From positions 992,001-1,056,000 of the forward strand of contig JAKIMF020000005.1 in the NCBI GenBank assembly GCA_022605425.2: a DNA stretch of 64,000 bases, given 5' to 3'. Source of the stretch: Hamiltosporidium tvaerminnensis FI-OER-3-3 (lineage: Eukaryota > Fungi > Microsporidia). The notes under the pieces were generated by a model. It made no database searches. It had not been told where the DNA came from and saw nothing but the letters and a program-made list of their open reading frames with translations. This document shows positions 46,758 through 60,000 of this stretch, in pieces. Position 1 is the first letter of the stretch. Each line of letters begins with the position of its first letter. A program made the position numbers and the translations under genes.

Positions 46758-48938
46758 ATGGATGTGGAATTCTCAAATACTTTGAAAATAATAAATTTAT
46801 TGAAACATAACAGACTTTCAAATATAAAACAACTATTAAAAGATGAAATTACTGTATATAACGGTGTATGTGGTACATTAATACATTTATCTATACTTTT
46901 ACGTAATTTACCATGTATGAAACGCATGCTTAATAGTATAAGCAGAGAAGAAGGTATAAAATGGATTTCTATTCAAGATAGATATGGTAGAAGTCCTTTA
47001 GATTTATCTATAAAATATAATTCTAAAGAAATTACTATTTTTTTAAATGAATATTTGGATAAAAGAAATAAAAATATTGAAAATAAATTAAGAAAAATTG
47101 AAGATGAAAATAATTATGAAAAAATGATTATTAAAGGATTTGCAGATACAATAATAAAAGAAGGACCGCTAGAAAAATATATAAATTTTGCTTTTGGATA
47201 CAGAAATAGGCATTTGGTATTAAAAAAAGATAAAATATTGTATTATGGGTGTAGAGATACTGGTAAAGAACTTAAAGAAATTTTTGCATTGCACGAGATT
47301 ACAGTGGACGTATGTGAAAATCAAAATAGTTTTATTTTGGTGGACATGCGAAATCGTAAAAAATATATTTTTAGAACTGAAACTCCTGAGGAAGCAGTTG
47401 GGTGGGTTTTGTGTATTGAAGATACAAAATATGAAAATACTTTCGATCAAAGTTTTTTTCATTTTTCGTTGGTTGGTTGTATTTTGAAAGAATATTTGAA
47501 AATCAAAGGAGAAAATTTAGTTTGCGAGGGAATCGTAAGTTTTGAGTGTTTTACGATGTTTGCTGATTTATTTGAAGGTATAAATATTGAGGATGCCATT
47601 GAAAAAGAGGAAATTGTGGCTATGGATGTTGAAAATATTAAAACACCTGTAATTGTAGGAGAAAGTGATTCAGATTCAGAAAAATTTTATGATTTTGAAA
47701 CTGAAAATACGGATGAAATATTAAAAAGTGACAGTTTAATTCAAGTCAGTAGTTTTTCTAAAGAAGATGTGCGAAATGATGAATTTAAAGTAAATTTAGG
47801 CAAAGAAGAATTTTTTGATGCGACTGATGGGGAAAACCAGGAAGAAAAAAATGAATTTTTGACTCAAGAAAGAGTTAAGTTGCCAGTCACAGGAGGAGTT
47901 GAGAAAAAAGAATTATACTCTTCACTTTTAAATGAAAAAAGTGGAAATTTTGATATTTTTTCTGCAAAATTTCCAATGAATGTACACGAACCTCTTTCTT
48001 TACTGCAAAGAATGACCGAAGATTTAATTTTTAAAAATATTTTAGATAAAATTAATGGAATAAGTGATGGATGTTTAAGAATGGCCTACGTTTCTGGTTT
48101 CATCGTTTCTTCTTTTTTTCATACCAAACATAGAATATTTAAACCTTTCACTCCACTTTTAGGTGAAACTTTTTATCACAAATTAGAAAATACAGACATT
48201 TATTGTGAACAAGTCTCTTTAAATCCAAATATTTCTGCTTTGCATGCAGAAAATCAAAATTTTATTTATGAAAGCTTTTTGGATTTTTCTTCTTCTTTAA
48301 AATCTAAAAAAATACTCATAAATCACAACGGTAACTGTAAATTAATTTTAAAAGATAAAAATGAAATTTATAGTTGGAAAAAAGTTGATACGGTGGTGAA
48401 GGGATTTGAATCTGGAGATGTTACTGTTTTACATAATGGAAAGATTGAATTGGAATGTGGAGATATAAAAGGAATAATAAAAATTAAACCATCTAAATCA
48501 AGAGATGAAATAAATGTGTGTGGTTCAGTAAAACAAAAAAACAAAACTGTTTACTCTTTTAAGGGAATTTGGGACAAATATCTTCTTTGTAGAGACATGG
48601 ATACAGGAAATGAATTTTATGTGTACGAATCTAACGAAAGAAGATTTCCTGAGTATTATAACATGACAAAATATTCGTTTCAATTAAATTTTATTACATC
48701 AGAAATTGAAAGTAAAATGTTTTATACAGATAGTAGATACAGACCAGATACAAGAGCTTTAGAATATGGACAATTCGCTAATGCTTTAGAAAATAATGAA
48801 ATTATTGAAAATAGACAACGAGTTAGAAAAAATGAAAGCAGACCTCTAAAACCGAGATTTTTTGAATTTAATAATAATTTATGGACATGGAAAGGATGCG
48901 ATGATACAGGAAAAGGAGAAAGAATATTTGAAATTTAG
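46758..48938 (+). CDS. Oxysterol-binding protein-related protein (ankyrin + PH + FFAT + ORD; Osh1/Osh2-like architecture)
   Basis: Ankyrin-like QDRYGRSPLDLSI; PH domain KEGPLEK.INFAFGYRNR...WVLCIE; FFAT EEFFDATD; ORD motifs FPMNVHEPLSLLQR, KPFTPLLGETF, EQVS, GIWD, TDSRYRPD.RALE, QRVR, KPRFF. Confidence 0.92.
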   Translation: MDVEFSNTLKIINLLKHNRLSNIKQLLKDEITVYNGVCGTLIHLSILLRNLPCMKRMLNSISREEGIKWISIQDRYGRSPLDLSIKYNSKEITIFLNEYLDKRNKNIENKLRKIEDENNYEKMIIKGFADTIIKEGPLEKYINFAFGYRNRHLVLKKDKILYYGCRDTGKELKEIFALHEITVDVCENQNSFILVDMRNRKKYIFRTETPEEAVGWVLCIEDTKYENTFDQSFFHFSLVGCILKEYLKIKGENLVCEGIVSFECFTMFADLFEGINIEDAIEKEEIVAMDVENIKTPVIVGESDSDSEKFYDFETENTDEILKSDSLIQVSSFSKEDVRNDEFKVNLGKEEFFDATDGENQEEKNEFLTQERVKLPVTGGVEKKELYSSLLNEKSGNFDIFSAKFPMNVHEPLSLLQRMTEDLIFKNILDKINGISDGCLRMAYVSGFIVSSFFHTKHRIFKPFTPLLGETFYHKLENTDIYCEQVSLNPNISALHAENQNFIYESFLDFSSSLKSKKILINHNGNCKLILKDKNEIYSWKKVDTVVKGFESGDVTVLHNGKIELECGDIKGIIKIKPSKSRDEINVCGSVKQKNKTVYSFKGIWDKYLLCRDMDTGNEFYVYESNERRFPEYYNMTKYSFQLNFITSEIESKMFYTDSRYRPDTRALEYGQFANALENNEIIENRQRVRKNESRPLKPRFFEFNNNLWTWKGCDDTGKGERIFEI

Positions 48939-49449
48939 ATTTCTTTTGTTTTTCTTAAGAAATGTAATTTTTTTTTAAAAAAATGCTTTTTTTTTCTATA
49001 TTCGGTAAAATTTAATTATTTTTAGTCATTTTTCGTTTTATTTGATTTTTTGTTTTAAGATAAATCCTTTATCTTTATAGAAGAAGGATGTGGGACTTAC
49101 TGGCTCCATAAAATTTATATTGGCAAGTTTGGGTGCAAATTTCAGCGAAGAATGTCTGGAGAAGGCTATTTTTTTAAATGGCTTAATAAAATTGAGAATT
49201 ATTTCTACTAATTGGGTTGGAAAGAAGAGGGAAAATGTATTCAAATTTTATACCAAACTTTTATTTTAAAATTATAATAATTTGATTTTTCATCGAATTT
49301 TAGAAAGCGTTGAGTTATGATCACCAGATCTTAAAGGTAAATATACTTTTATTCTGATATTTAAAAATTGTAGGTTTTTTTTTTAGGTTTTTAATAATTT
49401 TTAAATTTTTTTGTTTCAATCAATGTTTCCTTAATATTTCTTGGTAATA

Positions 49450-51650
49450 TATTAGTGATATGAATAGATGAAAAAAAGATAATGTTGGTATCGGTAAAAG
49501 CTATTAATTTATTTCTAACAGACATATGTAAATTCTTGATAATCTTCCGTGTATTTTATAGCTTGTTTTCTGATCTCTATGCCATCACATGTCTATGTAT
49601 CTTCAAATAATTGATTTAAAAAATATACACTAGATTGTTTTTTTTTGTATTCATTAGAGCAATTCTGATTCAAATATCTTGAATTTTAAGAAAAATTGTT
49701 TATATTTATTCGTCTGATAGAAATTCTATGTTTTTTTTGTCTTAAAATACTAACATTTGATAATTACATATTTCTAATAAACTGATCAATTTTCTTTATA
49801 TGGAACGATGAACTAAATTAAATATTTTTTGTTGAAAACAAAAAATAGCAAGAATTTTTAAATTCATCGATATTTACATTTTTTTATACCAGAAGATATT
49901 TCGTTGGATATGTCTGTAAGTATTTTTCGGACAAATAACAAATATTGCAGGATTTGTTGTCGGTAAAATATTCAGGTTGTTACTTTCTATGTTAGAATGA
50001 AGCTGCTTTATGTTAAGGCGATATTCCTTTATTTTTTTACGTTTTTAGTTTCCTTTAGACTTTTCAAAATCAGTAAAAAAATACGCTGTACAGAAGTAGT
50101 AGATCCTGTGGCGAGATATTTGCTAATTATTTGATTGTGCAAAATTGAGTAATTATACTAGAATGGTAAAAAAAATATTAGGAAATACTTGAAAAGGCAT
50201 ATTGGTGGTTTAAAATTCTTTTATTTCTCCAGCCTTTTGATCAGATATGTCTAGACAAGTTTTGTTTTATTAAGATGTTACGTTGCAGGTAAGCAGTTCA
50301 TTTATACAACCATTATAAATTAATATTAAGAACATATTAAAATTACTTTCTTCTTTAATTCACGCAATAGGATTGTGAGATAAATATTATCTCTTGAAAA
50401 TTTCAGAAAGAAATCGTGGAATATTATTTTCTGCTTGGTAATTATCTTTAATTTTCTCTATGTTGTATATATAGTTAGAGTATTGTTTTTCCGATATAAT
50501 TTTGTTTATAGAATTTGGTTTTTAAGGAGATAACCGCAACTACAGTTTAATGTGACTTCGATATAATCTAATAAACTTAGTATAAAATATTTATAATATG
50601 GTGCGTGAGAGAGTTTTTTTTTCATTTTTTAGATATGAAAAGTCATTTACGATATATTAATCTTCAAAGGTCGATACATCCGGATTTAATAGAAAACCAT
50701 AAGACTTTTTCAGCATTATTGGCGTAAAGGAATTACGTAGTTAGTAGGAACTTTTTTCTCGAAACAATATGAGTAACTTAGTTGGATGTGGCTACCATTA
50801 TATAATTTTTTCAAATATGAGACATTCTGATGAAATTTTCGGTCTTTAAGCTTGCTTTCGCTATATTTTTTGAACAAATATAAATTTGAGAATTTTATAA
50901 AATATTTTTTTACTCAAAGTCTCTATGGGAATTAGCGTCCTATGGTTTATTAAAAAACAATTAAACTTTTAAATGGTTTAATTTTATTCTTCTCTTGAGT
51001 GAAAATTTAATTATTGGATTTAGTTCCTCTTAAAATAAACATTCCTTTATTCTTAGCATTGTGCTTACTCTTTTGAATGATACATATTGTATAAAGATGA
51101 TTAAAGAATTCTAAATTAGGAAAGTGACCATTTTATTGATTTTTACACCTATGACTTGGCGTTTGAAATATCTAATGGCCTCCAATTATTCTCTAAGTCA
51201 ATATAAAGCAATGTCATTCTGATATATTTATATTTCTATTCCCATTCAAAAGATACCCCGATTTTAAAACCTGCCATCGTCATCTTCGGTTCAAAAATCA
51301 AATTTAATCTGTATTTTTTCGGTATAAGATATTCAAAAAAATTATCTTGTGATCAATATCTATAGATTCAAATTCGTCATAAAATACATAAAATCATGCT
51401 AATTCCTTTAATCTACAATCTCGAAAAAGTTATCTCCTTCGATGTTGGATATAATCTTTGATTTAAAATCTTTAAATGGCTTGTTAGATTGTTTCGATCT
51501 CCTTTAGGACAAATAAAAATTCATTAAAGTCACCTTGCTCGCTGAAAACGGTTTTATATAGGCAAATTTAACCATCTTTCTCACACAAATATTGAGTTTT
51601 CGATCTAAAATTATAGTAAATTCTCTGATTTTCAATTCAAAAAATATTTG
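49450..51650 (-). mobile_element. Heavily decayed R4/R2-like non-LTR retrotransposon
   Basis: The minus strand retains ordered relics: ..ESID..DH (KAFDS-like, ~51360), YGFLLNP (~50695), YLATGS (HLATxC-like, ~50115) and TCDGI (TWDGI-like, ~49590), with plausible spacing. Confidence 0.4.
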
Positions 51651-52626
51651 AAGCTACTAAAACGTTACATTCATTCCGAAATGTCACTGTGTGATTTGAT
51701 TTTGTTATTTACTCGAAAATCATATTTTTTATCTAAAACCTTGATAAAATAATATTTTACTTTTCCGTTGATTGATATGTTTTTGTGGAAATATTCTAAA
51801 TCAATTACTATTTAAAATAAAGATATCTAAAAAAGACAAATTAAAATGTAAATTGTAGAGTGAATTGGAAAATTTCGTTTACCCGAACACGCAAAATACA
51901 TAAGATAATATAAGTTTACCATAATTTCAAGCCATCGGTAAAAATACAAGTCATAGTCTATTTAGCTTCAAATTACTAAAACATTGAATAATATATTACT
52001 AATTTAAAAAGCAATACATTCTTTTCTTTTGTATACGAATATACAACAAGAAATTATTTAACTCCTGAGTGAACTTTAGATTTAGAACTTTCTTGCGAAA
52101 TTCTTATCATATACTAGTTTATGATGTAGATCATTAATTAGAAAGAGGCTTGGAGATGTGCGGTTTATAATTTGTGCAAGATTTTTAGGCTTTCAATCTT
52201 ATCCGAAAGATCTCAAAACATATTACTAATACACACTATAAAAAGTAAAATATATTTGAAAAAATAAAAGTTGTGTAAACGACAAAAAAACATGAAAAAT
52301 CAATTTGAGAGAAAAATTTTTAAAACAGATATACAATTAAAAAAGAAAATATATATCTAAAAGGTAGAAATCTGGTTTCGAAAAAACCAAAAACTATAAA
52401 TGAAATCATGTGTTTGAAAAAACAGAGCGAAATTTATAGAGACTAAATTTTGAGTATATTGCGTCAAGGATTAAAGAATATATAATTCAAAACAATGAAT
52501 ATAAATTATTGTTTAAAAACCAAAAAAAATATTTGTCAAATTTCATTTATTATCTAAGCTTTAATAAATATGCGTCAATTGAATAGCAAAGTAAAAATCA
52601 AAATAGATTAAATAATTATTCCGAAA

Positions 52627-54969
52627 TTAATGTAATATTTCAATACCTTCCTCATATAAAAAATTTGATGTATGTTGATGGTTGAAATTGTTATAAATTT
52701 GCTTAAAAAACGACGAAGCTCTTGACAAGGATATAATATTGAAATTGAATTGAACAAAACGAACACCTGAAAACGACAATCTTAAATTTTGCAAATTTTT
52801 AAAATTTCTCAAATATTCCAAATCCTTAAGGCACATGCAAACTCCCCATAAATTTAAAATTCTCAAAGAATTTAAAAATCTACAATTCTCACCAAGCTGA
52901 TAAAAACGAATATTAACAAATCTGGATTCATATAGATTTAATTCTTCTAGGATCTGCAAATTCATTATTCTATTTAAATCATTTATATCACAAATACCAT
53001 ACTTGTAGCAGAGTGTTTTTAATGTTAAATTACAGTTCTGATTTATCCCACTGAGATAATTAGAATATATTTTACGACTAGATAAATGTAAATTTTCCAG
53101 AAATTTTAGCTCATTTAAAAGATTAAATTCTTTAGTTTTATTCAGATTCGAATCATACAAATACAAGGATTTGATATTTCTTGGTATAAATTTTTCATAA
53201 TAAGATTTTTCGATGGATTCTATATCGCAAAACCTTAACGATAATACTTTAAGGTTTTCCAATTTGAAAATCTCATTTAAGCTAAATGTATCTATTTTCA
53301 AATTACTTAAAAATATCTGTGTTAAGTATTTATAATTATTGAATGAATTAAGTTTTAAGGTTTTCTTATTTAAAATTACATTGCGAATGTGTAAGACTCT
53401 GATTTTTGGCTTCTGAAACAACAATCTATAAAATTTATTACTGAAATATTTATGATAAATTGTTACATTCTTTAATTCTGGCATATTTTTCATTACATTT
53501 ACAATATATGGTTCAAGATTAATATTAGATTCGTAATTAGATAATTTTAATGTATGTAAAAATCTTAAATATTTTAAAGAATCACAGAATTCTTTTGATA
53601 ATTTAGAATAGCAAAAATCAATTTCAAAATATATAAAATTTATACTAAAATTTAAGGTAATAAACTCATTAATAAAATTTTCTGCTATAAATATGGAATT
53701 GAAAATTAATATAACTTTACGAACATTCAATTTCTTGCAAAAATTAATCCACCAATTAAATTTCGTTTTAAAATTTCGAATTTCAATGTATTCCAATGTT
53801 TCTTGTAAACTCATGAATGATTCAAATCCATTGAAACCCGAACATCTTCTAACATTATCAAATATCAACCCTTTAACTTTATGTTTTTTAAGAAAGGAAA
53901 TAATATCATCGCTATCAATACTTAGATTTTTCAAAGTGAAATATTCTAAATTCTTATCAACAGCTAATCCCAACTCATATATCATTATTCCGGTCGAATC
54001 TGATACATTTGAAACCGTTATTGCTTTAAAAATATGTATTGGAAATACAAAAATATGATTTTTAGATTTAAATTTGGATATCTGATATCTAAAAAAAATT
54101 AATGAATTAATATTAATTTCCTTTAACAGAACTTTAAAAATTTTAAAAATTTCTGGATTTTTTAAATGATTTTCAAGAATTGAGAATACTTTGAAATTAT
54201 TTATCAATAAATTTTTATATGGAATGTGTTCATTGAAAAGCGAAGTATCGAAAAATTCGTTTTTAATGCTTAAAATTATTAGATTTTCATCACAGAAAAC
54301 ATGTTTCAACATCAAAGTGTTTATAAAGGCAGAAATAATAGCTTCTTTCAAAGACGATTCACTTTGAACAAAAATATTCTTACAAAATACTTCTTCGATA
54401 CGTGCATCTGTATTTGTTGAATCAACAATATTTTTGCTACTAAAGATTTTAAAGAAAATTCCTTGTAAAAGTTGAGACAAATTTTTATCCGCTACTGCTT
54501 TAAGATATTTTAATACTATTAAAAGACTTTCAAAATGATTATAATTTACTGTATCAGGTATAGCCGTAATATCTTTAGTAATTTTTAAAATGTATTCCAA
54601 TTCAAAATTACATTCGATTTTTCCACATTGATTTTTTGATGTATTTGAATCAAAAAGACTTTTCAAGACTTCAAAACTTATAAAATTTGTATTTTCGTAT
54701 GTGAATACATGATCTGAAATTTTCATTGGCCTTTGATCCAAACTATATGAAATCAAAAAATTGTATATTAAATCAGGTGTTTCTAAATTTATATAAGACT
54801 TCTGTGCTTCGCGGTAAAATCTAATCTCGGAATTTATGTTTCTTTCAAACCAATAAACAATCTTATGTGTGCTAATGAATCTCGATAAGATAGCTAAATT
54901 AATTATGAGATTATGAATGCACATTATATTGTTCTTAGGCGTCATTTCTTTTTGATGAGAACTATTCAT
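52627..54969 (-). CDS. Secreted LRR-like family protein
   Basis: 780-aa ORF with hydrophobic IMCIHNLIINLAILSRFIS, then YWFER, IECNFELEYILK, HIPYKNLLIN, KGLIFDN, LEYIEIRN and LRR repeats. Confidence 0.9.
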   Translation of the reverse strand: MNSSHQKEMTPKNNIMCIHNLIINLAILSRFISTHKIVYWFERNINSEIRFYREAQKSYINLETPDLIYNFLISYSLDQRPMKISDHVFTYENTNFISFEVLKSLFDSNTSKNQCGKIECNFELEYILKITKDITAIPDTVNYNHFESLLIVLKYLKAVADKNLSQLLQGIFFKIFSSKNIVDSTNTDARIEEVFCKNIFVQSESSLKEAIISAFINTLMLKHVFCDENLIILSIKNEFFDTSLFNEHIPYKNLLINNFKVFSILENHLKNPEIFKIFKVLLKEININSLIFFRYQISKFKSKNHIFVFPIHIFKAITVSNVSDSTGIMIYELGLAVDKNLEYFTLKNLSIDSDDIISFLKKHKVKGLIFDNVRRCSGFNGFESFMSLQETLEYIEIRNFKTKFNWWINFCKKLNVRKVILIFNSIFIAENFINEFITLNFSINFIYFEIDFCYSKLSKEFCDSLKYLRFLHTLKLSNYESNINLEPYIVNVMKNMPELKNVTIYHKYFSNKFYRLLFQKPKIRVLHIRNVILNKKTLKLNSFNNYKYLTQIFLSNLKIDTFSLNEIFKLENLKVLSLRFCDIESIEKSYYEKFIPRNIKSLYLYDSNLNKTKEFNLLNELKFLENLHLSSRKIYSNYLSGINQNCNLTLKTLCYKYGICDINDLNRIMNLQILEELNLYESRFVNIRFYQLGENCRFLNSLRILNLWGVCMCLKDLEYLRNFKNLQNLRLSFSGVRFVQFNFNIISLSRASSFFKQIYNNFNHQHTSNFLYEEGIEILH

Positions 54970-56739
54970 GAATATCCAAATTTAAAAAATTAATGTTTTC
55001 TATTAATTTTTTTTTAAAAGTATTTTATCTAAATTAAATTTATAATTTAAATTAATGAATCTGCTTCGGATGTCTCTTTACACCATTTCAAAAGAATATC
55101 GTTAGTTAAAGAAACTAGCAAAATTTTTGGATATAGAAACATATTTGATAAACAGAAAAAAAGTATCTACTAAGATATATATTTATAGGTTCAACCAATA
55201 AATTCTAGACATATATGCCAATTTTATGTTTGAAATGCTGTTTTTCCCAAAATTGTGCGTTTTTATAAATAAAAAGTCTACTTTAATTCATGATAATGGA
55301 AAATCAAAATTTTTTGCAATCTTAAATAAATATTTTAATTAAATTGTAAAATATCGAAACAATATTTTTGATTTTAAAAGATAATTATGCCCAAGAAAAG
55401 CCAAAGAAAAGAATAATTATAGGGAGGAAATAATATTTTCAAATGCAATTCATTATGCAGTGATCAATCTTAGTTTTCTAATTGAAAAAAAATTAAACAC
55501 ATTTTGAAAATAGTATAAAATTCAAAAGAACAATTTGCCACTATGTTCAATCAAATAATTTGAAATAGTTCGAGATACAATCTGTTTAAATATATCAAAC
55601 ATTTCTATACAGTAAATTTCGAAAAAAAAACGTATGAAATGACGAAAAATATTAAATAAGTTGCAATTTATGATTTTGGAAGACAATCTTAAACAACCTA
55701 CATCGAGAGATTCATTCTAAAAATAATAATTACGGCCTTGGTTTATGTCTTGGTTATAATTCTTTTGGGAAGATTAAGTCTACATATAGAACTAATTATA
55801 TACTTGAACTATACGCTAGCATACGTCTTCAAAACTAAATATATTCCCAAGAAATAGATCTGAAGCTATAAATCAGAAAAGCTAATTTGCTTGTCTAACC
55901 AAATAATTATTTGCATTATAAAATTTAATCGGACAGATATTCTTGGTATAAAAGTTATCCGTGTTTAAAATTTTACTGGATATTGAGATTCTTCTATTTA
56001 TACACACTTCGAGAATTATTTATTAAATCGAGTTTTATTTGTAACTAAGATATAAATTTACTCTTAGTTAAGCCGAATATTGTGATATCGCATAATTTAA
56101 TTGCTTTTCTTATGCGGAGACTATTCTTTCCTCTAATAACACCGACTATAAAAAAATAGATTTTTTCAAAGCTTACAATTTATAGATCAGATTTTTGTGC
56201 GATAGCATACATTTCTTTTACTTTATAACGAAATAAATTCATCATGATATTTTTTTTCATTGATGTATCGGTTTTATAAATGATTCTAATTCTTCAGATC
56301 ATTATTTTTGTATACTAAATATTGAAATTCAGAACAGTGCTATTATGTTTTTATAAAAATAAATTTAATTTTTAAAAGTAATGTAAAAGACAAATACCAT
56401 GTATTTGGTAAAAAAAAATAAGTTAACAACGAAAATTTAGAATATGCTAAATGTGGCTGTTAACATTTAGAAACGGTTTAAAAAATAAACAAGCGTTTAT
56501 TTTGAATAAATTAACAATATTAGCGAGATTATATCAAATCTGATCATCCAAGCACTATCGACTGTCTCGAAGGAATATTGTCAGACTAACCTAGTCTATC
56601 TGCTTTCTATTTAACTATCGTCTTTTTACCCAATTCCTCTAGTTTATACCAACCAAAGGCATAATATATCATAATTTTGTTATCATTCTAGAAAAAAACT
56701 GACCAATAGTCTTAAATTTAATATTATGACTCCTTCACA

Positions 56740-59700
56740 GCCGTAAAGCATTAAGGGTCTCAATCTGCTCTTTCGGAGGGGCTATCTTGATCGGAAAGAG
56801 TCCCTAAAAACAACTGTTTTGAAATTCTGAGAGTACTATAATGAGATATTTAGTTGTATTGTTGAGATCGATCTGTAAAAAATTAGCACAAACGAGAAGG
56901 AAAGGTAAATAGAACCAGAATAAAATAGAGAGTGGCATAATCGCAGCTTCATTTCCAAACATATTATTGAAAAACTGCACTATATGGTACCCCGTAGAAA
57001 AATTAGGGCTTTGGATTTGAAAGCTTCCAAGGAAATTGGTTGATAGTAAAGATTTTGCTATCATGTATCAAATTTTCAGAATAAGTAGAATCAAATCTAT
57101 CGATGAAGATCGTTGATGCGGCACGAAATATACAAGCAGTGAAGGTATGCCATGATAAAGCGGCACAAAAAAAAATACAGATTTTTTTGAAGAAAAACAT
57201 GAAAGTGAAATTTCTCGCCAGGGAATTTCGAAATCTTTACGAGAAGGCTTTGTTCAAAAAAAACCTCTGCTTTCGAGAATGAAGCAAAAGAACTCACAAG
57301 AGTTGAATTAAAACTTTTGTTTAAAATGTTTCATCAGGTTCTTCGCACAATAAGAATAACTTTTTAAACTTTTTCTCCAAAAAGGTTTGATATATGCTCG
57401 TCGGAAGCAATTAGAGAGAGAATCATATGTTTTTAGCTGTGTATAAGCCGAATTCGTCGCAGTTTCTTTAAGCGTGTATAAACTCAGCCTATAATTATTT
57501 CTGTTAAAATTTTGATATTTAGTCGTATTGTCTGAAAAAAATGATGTTAAAGTAACAAAAGATGATTATTTTATTTATTTAAAAATAGTGCATTTTACTT
57601 CGTTTTCTTCGCTTAATGAATTCATAGCTATCAATTATTGGCATATTAAAATGAAGGCCGCTGGAATAAATAGTATCGACGATTTCTTCAGTTTGAAACC
57701 AACAAGTTTTCGGAAATTTCTTTATGATAATGTGAAAATTAGATGTTTTGAATACATAGTTCAAGTTAGTTGGTTTTATCAAAGCTTAAGTATTTAATCA
57801 CAAAGAATTCGGACGAATTAGCAGCTACAGATCGATCACCTGTAGGTTTAACCTCTACAGGTTAACGACACAGAGTGTAAATAAATTCATTAAACGAGAA
57901 ATAGAAAGAAGAATTAACTGCAGAAACCGGAATGAGAGCGTCAAAGGGTGCAATGATCCAAAAAACAAGCACCATTGAATATTAACTTTAATAAAGAGTA
58001 TGTAAACAATCTGAAAGCGACCTAGACTGATTTTTTAAAAAACATAAGACTCGTCTATCCTGAATATTTGACTCAATATAACAAATTTCATAATTTACCT
58101 AATTGTATTCGAAATTCATGAAGGAATTATATCGAAATGGAAAATTTATATATCATTAGAGCCTGAAAAAATTATGAACAAACATATTTCGTGAGGGAAT
58201 TTACAGGGAGATAGACTATCACTACCGTTTTTTGTACTGTGTATGAATTCATTAAGCCGAAAGCTGAATGAAAAATACACAAAAGTGACAATACAAAGAG
58301 ATGCTAAATCCCACTCTACTAATCATCTCTTGTTTATTGATGACCTTAAGCACTTTGCTATTGAAAGTTCTAATTAAGTACTATGACAACTTAGGCAAAA
58401 GAATTTTTAAGAAAATTCAGCAAGATATCAACAAAAAGAAGTCAGCAACAAATGATGCGTGTCACGAAGATACTACTACTATTTTAGAAGGTGTTAGTGT
58501 TTACAAATATTTAGAAATAGTAAAAGATAGCAGAAGTAATTTAATACGAAGCTCATTAGATGAAATACCAAGCAAACTTATGTCAAGATTTGAAAGAGTT
58601 CGTCACACTAGATTAAACGCAAATAATTTATTTTCTGCAAAAACTCAACATGCTATATCGTTGAAAAACAACCACATGGACATAGTTCGTCTTAACGCGG
58701 TCGATTACTCTAAGCTGGATGAGCACTGTGTGCGAATTGGCGAAGAATAAGATGCATCTTCGCCTATGATGCAAAGATCGTCGATACCTCCTTGGAACAG
58801 AACTTGAAAGCTCTTTATAGTGGTGAGTTTCGATGCGAGCATATGCTTCTCCTACCCTTGGATTGACAAGAAAAAGAAAAAAACATCAACTAGACGGCAA
58901 GCAATCCTAAAGCTGGAAAATAAAAATAAAACCTAGCTTGCACTAATCAAAAGCTTCTTAAAAGTAAATTATTGTTTTGAGGAGAAGTCACTAAGAAGAT
59001 TTTAGAAGAAGCTCGACTTGCAAAACTATCTGACAAAATAGGAAAACTTAAACTACATGCAAAGTTATATAATGCAAGAAAATGAGCTTGTAAATGTTAG
59101 TTACTCTTCTATATGGCAGAAAAATGATAATAATAGGTCGTGTGAGGAAACAGTGTTTGATATACCCAGGAAAGAAATGCATTTTTAGAGCAGATGGTTG
59201 TGCAAACTTAGCAACAGGTCTAGTAAAACCGTAGATATCTTATCGACTAGATGTGTGAAAATACTGATCATGGCTATCCAGACGGAATAATTAAGTGGTT
59301 TAATGCTTGCACTTTCTCTTGCTAAATAAAATGAGTTTAGTTCTTCAAAGCGGATTAGAAGCCCTTGGAGCAAGAAATTCTTAAAACGAGCATGCGGAGG
59401 TAAAATGTGACACCAGAATAAAAATCGATTTCTGGATTTGGAATAAAGATCCGACATATTTATTTTAGACAAGAGTAAAAATAATATAAGACTCATTAAA
59501 GTAAAAAGTACTTTTCAAGATTCACTTCAAACAATCGAAACTGAAAAATTAGGTTGTATGGCTTATTTTACAAAAGTTCGGGCTTTATTTATAAATATGG
59601 AGTTCAGATAATTCCTTATGTAATGACTTGGGATGGTATTGTGACGTAATATCATAAGAGATGCCTTAAAAATTGCAAATACCTATAAATAAAGAGGCCA

Positions 59701-60000
59701 GAATTTAGTTGGAGGTACTCAAGAAGACATTCATAACGATTTAATTTGATCGATAAAGAGGGCTTGAATCTTAACCAAAGGCCGAAATGATCGTCATTAA
59801 GTGGTATTGAAGTAGCCGAGTCGATATTACATCAATAAAACCTAAAAAGAAAGTAGACAAAAGAGAAGCTGGGGTTTGCCATGTAAAAACAAAAACCAAC
59901 AGTCCTCTGATTTTAGATGAAGAAACTACACAGAGGAACCAAACCCATATATAAACGAAGAGTAAGATTTTTAAGACCATTTTATGTGGCTAAAGAGGTA
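56740..60000 (+). mobile_element. Near full-length but degenerate R4/Dong-like non-LTR retrotransposon (RT + CCHC + RLE)
   Basis: RT motifs YRSITCRFNLYRLTT (~57825), G.LQGDRLS (~58200), TNHLLFIDDLK (58318-58350) and YKYLEI; RLE RSDIFI (~59450) and IIPYVMTWDGIVT (59608-59646). Many frameshifts and stops. ORF 58301-58750 is a fragment of this element. Confidence 0.9.

Noticed and set aside
4916-54058. Short antisense or alternate-frame ORFs nested in the long genes, and 60-100-aa intergenic ORFs
   Set aside because: No motifs; expected shadows of long AT-rich ORFs or fragments of repeats, many with non-ATG starts.
57838-57862. Hairpin ACCTGTAG...CTACAGGT
   Set aside because: Lies inside the RT coding motif (ITCRFNLYRL); likely incidental.
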